This document shows positions 1 through 6,473 of a stretch of 37,906 nucleotides of DNA, piece by piece. The DNA is from Bacteroidales bacterium (GTDB lineage: Bacteria > Bacteroidota > Bacteroidia > Bacteroidales > UBA4181). Positions within the stretch are counted from its first letter, which is position 1. Every line of letters begins with the position of its first letter. The DNA lies in NCBI GenBank assembly GCA_031264715.1, contig JAISDP010000138.1, positions 1 through 37,906 on the forward strand, given 5' to 3'. A program made the position numbers and the translations under genes. The notes under the pieces are model-generated. The model searched no databases, was not told where the DNA came from, and saw only the letters and a list, made by a program, of their open reading frames with translations.

Positions 1-260
1 GCGATGTTCTGGTAATAGCCAAGCAAGGCGTCGGGGCTTGTTTCCAGCGGAATATATTTTACGGATTCGATCACGTCCGACGATTTGACCAGGTCTTCGG
101 CTTTCCCGATCACAATAACCTTGGCCCGGGAGGAATCCGTCGGGACAGTCTTCGATTCCTCCAGATCATCGGGAGTGGGGAAACCGGAACTCCGGCGCAT
201 GTTCTGCACGCATCCCCATAAAATACCAACAACAGTCAAAATTAAAAATGCCTGTCTCAT
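1..260 (-). CDS. Lipoprotein, N-terminal part only (gene continues past window start); probably a 6-bladed beta-propeller (BF3164-like) family member
   Basis: My own reverse-complement translation from the ATG at 260..258 gives MRQAFLILTVVGILWGCVQNMRRSSGFPTPDDLEESKTVPTDSSRAKVIVIGKAEDLVKSSDVIESVKYIPLETSPDALLGYYQNI. It has a lipobox (LWGC). It is absent from the ORF track because no stop lies inside the window. The 'KYIPLET..DALLG' segment resembles the start of Bacteroidales beta-propeller lipoproteins that usually neighbour NVEALA genes (recalled from memory). Confidence 0.5.
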   Translation of the reverse strand, partial: MRQAFLILTVVGILWGCVQNMRRSSGFPTPDDLEESKTVPTDSSRAKVIVIGKAEDLVKSSDVIESVKYIPLETSPDALLGYYQNI

Positions 261-333
261 ATTGTTTCTTTTAATTTTTAAAGATGTTTAAAGGGTTGTT
301 TCCAAAACATGGAAACAACCCATGTAAACTCAA

Positions 334-873
334 TTATTGCGCGTTACATTCGGGCGTACACGAGAATTTCTCCCAACCATCACGACATTCGTACGTTTTT
401 CCTGAATAAGTGATGGTTGTAGTAGTACTCGATGACGAGCCGCCTGATGCACCTCCGCTTATCGGAGTGTCCGGTATGGGAATGTTTATAGACCCTGTCC
501 CGCAACTGCCACCAGTGGTGGTAACAGTTTTTGTACAGTCCGTCTCAGTTTTTTGCAACTTCCAAAGCCACGGATTAAAAAGTCCGCCTGAAGTGGAACC
601 GCTACCACAGCCACTACCGCTACCACAGCCACTACCAGTACAACTACCGCCACTACCACAGCCACTGCCACTGCCGGTACTACCATCGCCACTGCCGGTA
701 CTGCCACCGCCGGTGCAGCTGCCGCCGCTACCGCATCCGTTGGTTTGCGCCAGCACTTCCACATGGAGTTTGCTGTCGCGAATGCCATAGTCATTCATTG
801 CGTGCCTGAAATTCAACGCTAAGGCGAATAACAGGGCGCCAACGCCCATCATTGCCAATTTAAAACTTTTCAT
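334..873 (-). CDS. Secreted or membrane-anchored NVEALA-like protein with a long Gly/Ser/Cys/Thr-rich low-complexity region
   Basis: N-terminal hydrophobic segment MKSFKLAMMGVGALLFALAL, then 'SKLHVEVLAQ', which resembles the NVEALA family motif at its usual position. After that come GCGSGGSCTG (twice), CGSGSGCGSGS, a Thr/Ser-rich tract and a Cys-containing C-terminus (YECRDGWEKFSCTPECNAQ). It is co-oriented with both neighbouring genes. Confidence 0.65.
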   Translation of the reverse strand: MKSFKLAMMGVGALLFALALNFRHAMNDYGIRDSKLHVEVLAQTNGCGSGGSCTGGGSTGSGDGSTGSGSGCGSGGSCTGSGCGSGSGCGSGSTSGGLFNPWLWKLQKTETDCTKTVTTTGGSCGTGSINIPIPDTPISGGASGGSSSSTTTTITYSGKTYECRDGWEKFSCTPECNAQ

Positions 874-932
874 CTTATTATGATTTTTTGTTTAATTAAT
901 TTAATTACAATTTAAAAATATTCATGCCAAAT

Positions 933-970
933 ATCGCCATATTACAGCCCCAAGCGGGGCTTTCGGCGAT
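933..970 (-). terminator. Imperfect compound stem-loop downstream of the GT-C-like gene
   Basis: ATCGCC..AGCCCC-aagc-GGGGCT..GGCGAT lies 34 bp after the stop at 1004. Only a weak U-run (AUUU) follows on the minus strand. Confidence 0.3.
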
Positions 971-1003
971 ACGAACAGTATACATAATATAAAGGATGTT
1001 TGC

Positions 1004-2287
1004 TCATTGTTCTTGGGGTTTATAGTCGTCACGCTGTTTCAACAAATCCCGCATTTCTTTTTTAAGGGTATCCGTATCATGCCAGGCATGTATCCTCATG
1101 CCGGAATATATACCCAGGTAGAGCACATAGCAGGCAAATAAAGTGCAAACAGCTATTTTGCCGGGAGGTTTCATTTTTTGACAGATCAGGAAATACGCTG
1201 TGATAAAACCAATACCCATGAGCGCCACATACAGGTACCGGTCGGCAATAATTGAAAACCGGGAGAGTTCTACCACATTCAATACAATGGCCATGTGGAT
1301 CAGGAAAAAGAGTAATCCGAACTTCAGCGCCCAATGAGATAAAAATTTCCATAAACAGACCACTATGACTATGAGCAATGCCGGATACAAAAGTAACCAT
1401 TGCGGAAGCGGATCGCCTATGGCAGACGGGAATGGATACAGGTATGACAGTTTGAAGGGGAAAAGGGATTTGGAGAGGTATTCCATCAACGAATAACAGC
1501 CATAAACTCCCCGTTGCCAGAGAGGGTATGCCGGGGCGTCGGTCAAGACGCCCTGGCCGCTGACCGATTGCGACAACATGGTTACAATCCCGAAAACCAA
1601 TGATAATACGAAAAAGGGTATGGTTGTTTTCCAGACAGGTTTATCGGTCAACTTGAAGTTTAAAAACCAGTAGACAAGCAGCATCCACAAAGGGAAAGTA
1701 ACTGCCTGGTCTTTCCCCAGGAACGACAATACGTAAAGCAGCGCCGTCCAAACATAATAGATGCTTTTCCTTTTTTCGATATAGAGCAGGAAGGTATAAG
1801 TAGCGCCAAAATAAAACAGGGCATAAACCAATACCTTGGAGGCGCTCATCCAGGCAACGGATTCCACATTACAGGGATGGACGGCAAAAATGAGGATGGT
1901 AAGGAATGACAGGATATTTACGTTTTTACGGTCAACCCTGCCGCTCAGGATCAACAGTTTCCTGAGTGTCGCGTATGCCAGGCCGATATTGGCGACATGC
2001 AACAGCATGCTTGCCAAATGAAAGTGAAAAGGGTTGTATCCGAAAAACTCATACAGCGCCAGGTAGAGATATTCATTCAGGGGTGCGTACTGGCCGTGGT
2101 AGAATTCGGTTAAAATGCGCCATAGATTGTGCAAATGAAAACCGCCTTCGGTGTATTCGTTCATTACTGCCCACTGGTCGTCCCAAAAATCGAGCAACTG
2201 GTTCTTCAACAAAGGAAGATAAAGTATGACCCCTACAAACAACAATAAAACAGGATATATGTAATTTTTGAGTCTGGTATATTTCAT
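1004..2287 (-). CDS. Polytopic membrane protein, GT-C-fold glycosyltransferase-like (PMT/TMTC-type), without a TPR tail
   Basis: 427 aa with roughly 10 or more hydrophobic helices. The first loop carries 'LLDFWDDQWAVMNE', resembling the 'F(V)WDD' acidic loop of bacterial PMT_2/TMTC-like (DUF1736-type) mannosyltransferase homologues. The protein ends soon after the last helix. Confidence 0.6.
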   Translation of the reverse strand: MKYTRLKNYIYPVLLLFVGVILYLPLLKNQLLDFWDDQWAVMNEYTEGGFHLHNLWRILTEFYHGQYAPLNEYLYLALYEFFGYNPFHFHLASMLLHVANIGLAYATLRKLLILSGRVDRKNVNILSFLTILIFAVHPCNVESVAWMSASKVLVYALFYFGATYTFLLYIEKRKSIYYVWTALLYVLSFLGKDQAVTFPLWMLLVYWFLNFKLTDKPVWKTTIPFFVLSLVFGIVTMLSQSVSGQGVLTDAPAYPLWQRGVYGCYSLMEYLSKSLFPFKLSYLYPFPSAIGDPLPQWLLLYPALLIVIVVCLWKFLSHWALKFGLLFFLIHMAIVLNVVELSRFSIIADRYLYVALMGIGFITAYFLICQKMKPPGKIAVCTLFACYVLYLGIYSGMRIHAWHDTDTLKKEMRDLLKQRDDYKPQEQ

Positions 2288-2334
2288 TATTTAAATTCTT
2301 TCCTCTAACTCTAACCCGTCACAATATAAAAGGG

Positions 2335-2365
2335 CAATATTAGACTGCTTATATCACAGTTGCAA
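2335..2365 (-). promoter_or_regulatory. Candidate Bacteroidota sigma-A promoter for the GT-C/NVEALA-like/lipoprotein operon
   Basis: The minus strand reads cTTGCA-N-TAATATTG, with 20 nt between TTG and TA. This compares with the consensus TTTG-N19-21-TAnnTTTG. The -7 box ends 47 bp upstream of the ATG at 2287. The same module recurs at 3438-3468. Confidence 0.45.
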
Positions 2366-2373
2366 GGAAAAAA

Positions 2374-2446
2374 TTCCCAACGTAGCCATTTTGTATCCCT
2401 AACGTCGAAAAAAGTTCCCAACGTAGCTATTTTGTATCCCTAACGT
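2374..2446. repeat. Four phased decamers TTCCCAACGT / TCCCTAACGT (a 32-bp unit repeated with a 41-bp period)
   Basis: The decamers start at 2374, 2396, 2415 and 2437, giving spacings of 22, 19 and 22 bp. They lie directly upstream of the candidate promoter. A fifth copy (TTCCCAACGC) sits at 3477-3486 in the second promoter module. Confidence 0.7.
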
Positions 2447-2569
2447 AGACTTGTTAAGACGTTGCGGATAAAATTGCTCCCATACATTACCGTGCATATC
2501 ATATAATCCATAATTATTTGCAACCTGTCAGGCTGCAAAGCTGCCGACAGGGTTGGAACGGCTAACGGG

Positions 2570-2606
2570 AAAAAGCACGTAGAGACGCGATGCATCGCGT
2601 CTCTAC
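2570..2606 (-). terminator. Intrinsic-terminator-like perfect palindrome downstream of the 223-aa gene
   Basis: GTAGAGACGCGATGCATCGCGTCTCTAC (2579-2606) is a perfect 28-bp palindrome. On the minus strand it is followed by GTGCTTTTTCCC. Confidence 0.45.
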
Positions 2607-2622
2607 ATTACCCGTCAGGGGT

Positions 2623-2654
2623 TTCTACCGATCTGTCATCCCCCTGACGGGATT
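2623..2654. repeat. Copy of the ~31-bp repeat family TTCTACCrATnTGTCATCCCTGACGGGrTTT
   Basis: Sequence ttctaccgatctgtcatcccctgacgggattt. The upstream CCCGTCAGGGG (2611-2621) is the inverted complement of CCCCTGACGGG (2641-2651). Confidence 0.7.
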
Positions 2655-2721
2655 TTAGCCGGGTGTGTCGCACCGACCAGGCCTGTCAGGGTCAAAAACT
2701 CGAAATCCAAAACTCGAAACT

Positions 2722-3393
2722 TTATTCTTCGCTTGTTGGCGGCTCTTCGTCATCCTTGTGCGGCGACGTTCTGCTCGACATTTTCGGGAAAATGCGGTCG
2801 GCAAGCGATGCGCCGAACTCCTTGCGGGCTTCCAGCCAATTGTTTTCGTACTGTTTCCGCACGGCCAGCTTGGTCAATTCCTCCGAAGCCTGAATCGCTT
2901 TTAGCCGGTTAATGGCTTGCTGGTACGCGTCCCACGCGGCTATGGAGGCATCCGCCTTTTCCTGCAGGATTGCAGCCAATGGTTTCAACTGGTGGCCATC
3001 CTCCAACTGGTTAAGCTTTACTACTAAATTTTTTACTTCCTGCGGCTCTTTGGAAAGCGACATCTGCACCAGATCGGAGAATCGGCCGGTAGGGAACAGC
3101 AGTTCGAGCGCCTGCGAGAGATGGTCGCGGTCGTATTGCCGGGTTTGCTCAAATGTGGTACGCACAGCATTATCCAGATCGGTGTCGCACAGGATCACAT
3201 CATCATAAGCATACTCGCGGTCGTCCGAAGCGTTTTCCCGTTCTTTTTCCTTTTCCTTCAACTGTTCCAACACCTGTTGTATAGCGGCGGCGTATTTTTT
3301 GGTGTGCGCCAGCCGTCCGCATAATCTTGTATGCCGCTTTGCCATCCTGAGATGCATGGCGGCAGAATCCTTTTGTAAAATCATTTTTGCCAT
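2722..3393 (-). CDS. Hypothetical protein, 223 aa, charged and helical, no signal peptide
   Basis: Longest ORF in this interval. It is preceded by the duplicated promoter module and followed by the palindromic terminator candidate. I recognise no family. Confidence 0.55.
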   Translation of the reverse strand: MAKMILQKDSAAMHLRMAKRHTRLCGRLAHTKKYAAAIQQVLEQLKEKEKERENASDDREYAYDDVILCDTDLDNAVRTTFEQTRQYDRDHLSQALELLFPTGRFSDLVQMSLSKEPQEVKNLVVKLNQLEDGHQLKPLAAILQEKADASIAAWDAYQQAINRLKAIQASEELTKLAVRKQYENNWLEARKEFGASLADRIFPKMSSRTSPHKDDEEPPTSEE

Positions 3394-3437
3394 GGTGGTA
3401 ATTTTTTTCGATTGATGATAATATTTATAAAAAAAAG

Positions 3438-3468
3438 CAATATTAAACTATTTATCTCACAGTTGCAA
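3438..3468 (-). promoter_or_regulatory. Second copy of the candidate promoter module, upstream of the 223-aa gene
   Basis: Same cTTGCA-N-TAATATTG arrangement on the minus strand. The -7 box ends 44 bp upstream of the ATG at 3393. The 29-nt core tcacagttgcaaggaaaaaattcccaacg is identical to 2354-2382. Confidence 0.45.
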
Positions 3469-3601
3469 GGAAAAAATTCCCAACGCAGCATATTTTACAT
3501 CCCCAGCCACTACTGTCCGGTAAAATTTTATGTGGGTGCAATTGCCTTCCGACATCCGATCGCAAGCACGAAACATTCCGTGCGTATTTTGCCCGTCAGG
3601 G

Positions 3602-3746
3602 CATTCATAGCAATAGAATCGATGCGAAAGACATCAACCAATCTCTGTAGGAGATTCATCATGTGAAACCCCATACGGGGTTTTGATCCGGTGGCGGTGC
3701 ATATTTTTTCTATTTTTTCTATTGATATGGTTTCCCTGACGGGAAA
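3602..3746 (+). repeat. Copy A of a ~140-bp repeat with two hairpins, the second terminator-like (MITE-like or small-RNA-like)
   Basis: A ~105-bp block (aatctctgtaggagattcatcatgtgaaaccccatacggggttttgatccggtggcggtgcatattttttctatt...gatatggtttccctgacgggaaa) is shared with 3947-4083. Copy A carries an extra 9-bp duplication (ttttctatt). Hairpins are ATCTC-tgtag-GAGAT and AAACCCC-atac-GGGGTTT followed by T (3666-3684). CCCGTCAGGG (3591-3600) is inverted relative to CCCTGACGGG (3734-3743). Confidence 0.7.
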
Positions 3747-3769
3747 TATATTCGATCGACCTGTCATCG

Positions 3770-3915
3770 TCTACCGGTCTGCCATCCCCGACGGGATTTG
3801 GTCGATATTAACCGATATGGCTTCTACCAATATGTCATCCCTGACGGGGTTTCCGCTACAGGGAAAAACAGGCGGCGCATGTTTTTCTACCGATATGTCA
3901 TCCCTGACGGGGTTT
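3770..3915. repeat. Three further copies of the ~31-bp CCCTGACGGG repeat family
   Basis: Copies at 3770-3799 (degenerate: tctaccggtctgccatccccgacgggattt), 3822-3852 (ttctaccaatatgtcatccctgacggggttt) and 3885-3915 (ttctaccgatatgtcatccctgacggggttt). Confidence 0.75.
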
Positions 3916-3946
3916 CCGCCGAATGATGGAACGTTGTCCGGCAGGA

Positions 3947-4083
3947 CATTCATAGCAATAGAAATCAATACGAAAAACATCCGTTAATCTCTGTAGGAGA
4001 TTCATCATGTGAAACCCCATACGGGGTTTTGATCCGGTGGCGGTGCATATTTTTTCTATTGATATGGTTTCCCTGACGGGAAA
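3947..4083 (+). repeat. Copy B of the ~140-bp hairpin-bearing repeat
   Basis: Identical to copy A over the 3' ~105 bp apart from the 9-bp indel. The 5' ~35 bp has diverged. The terminator-like hairpin lies at 4012-4030. Confidence 0.7.
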
Positions 4084-4148
4084 CAATGTTGATAGACCCT
4101 GACAGGTCATAAAATTCCTTTCCTTTGATTGCGTCAAGTACTTTGTGA

Positions 4149-4442
4149 GGCCAAAAAGTACTCCGCTCTGCCGCGGCGGATGCTTTATAAGGCAAAAAAG
4201 CGCTCCGCTCTGCCGCGGCGGATGCTTTACAGGGCAAAAAAGCGCTCCACTCTGCCGCGGCGAATGCTTTTCAGGGCAAAAAAGCGCTCCACTCTGCCGC
4301 GGCGAATGCTTTATAAGGCAAAAAAGCGCTCCACTCTGCCGCGGCGGATGCTTTGCAGGGCAAAAAAGCGCTCCGCTCTGCCGCGGCGGATGCTTTATAA
4401 GGCAAAAAAGTACTCCACCCTCCGTCGCGAACGTTTTTCAGC
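4149..4442. repeat. Tandem array, 7 x 42 bp
   Basis: Units start at 4149, 4191, 4233, 4275, 4317, 4359 and 4401. The consensus is ggcaaaaaagcgctccRctctgccgcggcgRatgctttNNNN. The first and last units are degenerate (gtactcc). There are no spacers between units. Confidence 0.9.
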
Positions 4443-4512
4443 AACCACATGCCGGCAAAACTTGCGAAAGACGCCATCCTCTCCCCGCGGGCAGGCGCAG
4501 GCTCGCAATGCT

Positions 4513-5949
4513 TCAGTCCGTTAAGCTCCCCATATCCACCAGTTCGGCTTTCATCAGGAAGACATTGTAGGGCATCCACATGGACATCAGGAAATACAGG
4601 TTGTCGCCGGTTACCGACAGCGGGTGGAAAAACGAGCCGTACAGCTGCGCATATTCCTTGCCTGCAGCCAATTCATACGGTTCGCTCCACGGGCCGGTTA
4701 TATCCGCCGCCGTCCGCATGGTGATGTTGTACCGGTCGCCGTTGAAATAGGCAATGATCCATTTTTGATGCCGACTGTTGTATATGAAGGACAATTCGCC
4801 CACTTTATCGCTGATGATGTTAGTCGCCCTGTATTCGTCGCCCACGACCCACTGTCCGGTTGCGCCATTCCAATATTCGTAGCGGTCGCGGTCTTCCATG
4901 TCCGGTTCACGGAAGCGGGACAGGCGCGCATTGCTGTCGCGCCCCGTTTCGGTGCCGATCATGTACACATAGCCGTCCTTCTTGAAATAGCCGACTTGCC
5001 CGAAATTGCTGTAAGGCGTGAAGGATACGCTTTCGCATTTGGTCCATGTCAGGCCATTATCCGCAGACTTGTACAGGCCGGAATAATTCGTGATCCATCC
5101 CGTCCAGTTTTTTATATTGAAATAATGTACATAATCGATGCCGTTGGCGCGGATCGCCGCCGTGGGGATGGACGTCCAGTCGCCGTAGCCCGATCCGTCC
5201 TTTCCGCCGTATACAATTTCGCGGGCGTCTCCCCTGCCGTCGGTAGCCATGCTGCTGAAAGCGAGCCCGTCGTCCAGGTCGCCGTCGTTTGAAAAAGCCA
5301 GGACGTTGCTTCGCCAACTGCCGCCGTTAGGCCCGGGGCTGGCCTGATTGGGGACAAAATCGCGTCCGAAGGTGTCGCCAAAGAAAATTCCATACTTTCC
5401 CGGGTCCATTTCCCATACAATACCCAGGTCGGTTCCCCCCACATTCCATCTTACCGCCGTATTGTTCGGGCTGGGGAAAGATTCGCCCGCCGTTGCCGAT
5501 CCCGTAACACGGGCTATGCGGCTTATTTTGCGGATAAAGAATCCCCACCGGTTGTCGATATTCAGGGAAAGGTCTTTGGATTTGTTCCCGTCCCGGTAAT
5601 AAGCGCACAGTATTAATTTGAAGGATACGGGATCGGATTCCCGGATGGTATATTTGAACACATACGATGATGAGAGTTCGCTCCGGCTTATTTTAGCCGC
5701 GTAGTTATCGCCCCCGCTTATCCTGACCGCCAGATAGTCGATATCGTCAAGATTCTTGAAAGTCAGCGTGGTCGATACGGCTTTTGTATTCTTATCCGGG
5801 AAAAGGCCGGTTTCCAAAGATGTGATTTCGTCAATGGGTACGTAAGCCTCTTCGTCCGAATCCTTACCGCATGAAGACAATAGCGCGTAAAGGACAAGCC
5901 CCGCGCAAAGCATATATTTTCGGGCCGTTTTTCGTTTCATTCTTTTCAT
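4513..5949 (-). CDS. DUF4185-family glycoside hydrolase (GH183-type, candidate endo-D-arabinofuranase) lipoprotein
   Basis: Motifs WNVGGTDLGIVW, FFGDTFGRDF, WRSNVLAFS, SGLYKSADNGLTW, GPWSEP and WMPYNV are typical of DUF4185. I place the start at MKRMKRKTARKYMLCAGLVLYALLSSC (lipobox), not at the track's 6018. Confidence 0.8.
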   Translation of the reverse strand: MKRMKRKTARKYMLCAGLVLYALLSSCGKDSDEEAYVPIDEITSLETGLFPDKNTKAVSTTLTFKNLDDIDYLAVRISGGDNYAAKISRSELSSSYVFKYTIRESDPVSFKLILCAYYRDGNKSKDLSLNIDNRWGFFIRKISRIARVTGSATAGESFPSPNNTAVRWNVGGTDLGIVWEMDPGKYGIFFGDTFGRDFVPNQASPGPNGGSWRSNVLAFSNDGDLDDGLAFSSMATDGRGDAREIVYGGKDGSGYGDWTSIPTAAIRANGIDYVHYFNIKNWTGWITNYSGLYKSADNGLTWTKCESVSFTPYSNFGQVGYFKKDGYVYMIGTETGRDSNARLSRFREPDMEDRDRYEYWNGATGQWVVGDEYRATNIISDKVGELSFIYNSRHQKWIIAYFNGDRYNITMRTAADITGPWSEPYELAAGKEYAQLYGSFFHPLSVTGDNLYFLMSMWMPYNVFLMKAELVDMGSLTD

Positions 5950-6045
5950 TCTGATAAAAGTACAAGGTAATGGGATGATAAGTCCGCCAAAGAAATATTT
6001 TCCCCGACGGACTGTCATCTAATCAACAAAAAATACAAACAGCGA

Positions 6046-6456
6046 TTACCGGATTTCAATCACCCGGCTTTGGGAATATACCTCCTCGGGCCAGCCCGTT
6101 TCTGCGGCATCATCGGTTAACTGTCCGTATAACCTTACCACAAAGCGGTATTCCTTACTTGCGTCAATGTCGATATCGGCAGAAGCAATTTCATTCCCGA
6201 CGGTAACAATATTCTTGTAAACATCATTCTCCACTACTTGAATTTGCGTCTCCAGCGGTCTTTTAAAATCAGCCGGTATGTTTGCCGGTATTTGCCATGT
6301 TAAATGAACCTGATTTGCCTGTTTCGTATAATTCAAGTTCTCTATTTGAGGCAGAGAATAATCAAATTCTTTGTGATCAACCACATCCCGATCATAACAT
6401 CCGGCAAGCAGGATCGCGGCATATACTGCAATAAACGCTTTTACACTATTTTTCAT
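6046..6456 (-). CDS. Small surface lipoprotein (single beta-sandwich, SusE/F-position accessory protein)
   Basis: MKNSVKAFIAVYAAILLAGC lipobox. It sits immediately downstream of a SusD gene. The start was trimmed from 6513 to 6456 to remove overlap with susD. Confidence 0.6.
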   Translation of the reverse strand: MKNSVKAFIAVYAAILLAGCYDRDVVDHKEFDYSLPQIENLNYTKQANQVHLTWQIPANIPADFKRPLETQIQVVENDVYKNIVTVGNEIASADIDIDASKEYRFVVRLYGQLTDDAAETGWPEEVYSQSRVIEIR

Positions 6457-6473
6457 AAACATAAAATTTAATA

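Noticed and set aside
85-291. ORF 85..291(+), 68 aa
   Set aside because: It is antisense to the lipoprotein ORF that starts at 260 (clear lipobox) and has no recognisable features.
410-794. ORFs 410..790(+) (Pro/Leu-rich) and 486..794(-) (Ala/Val-rich)
   Set aside because: They are shadow frames of the Gly/Ser/Cys low-complexity region of 334..873. Only the 334..873 frame has a signal-like N-terminus and the NVEALA-like motif.
3590-4110. Autonomous mobile element (IS or transposon)
   Set aside because: No transposase, integrase or recombinase ORF lies in or near the repeats. At most these are non-autonomous MITE- or REP-like sequences.
3412-4237. Small ORFs in the repeat field (3412..3666, 3528..3767, 3691..3987, 3771..3980, 3898..4137, 3965..4237)
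   Set aside because: They overlap one another on both strands. Similarity between the paired ORFs is confined to the identical DNA repeat core and breaks down outside it. There are no start or signal features.
4149-4442. Possible CRISPR array
   Set aside because: The units are directly abutting with no unique spacers, and there are no cas genes in the window.
4129-4579. ORFs 4129..4524(+), 4145..4570(+), 3965..4237(-) and 4271..4579(-), which encode 14-aa repeat peptides such as KKRSALPRRMLYKA
   Set aside because: All four run through the same 42-bp array. The unit length is a multiple of 3 and lacks stop triplets, so several frames on both strands are open at once. There is no signal sequence, no plausible start context and no recognisable fold. 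I treat them as artefacts of the repeat.
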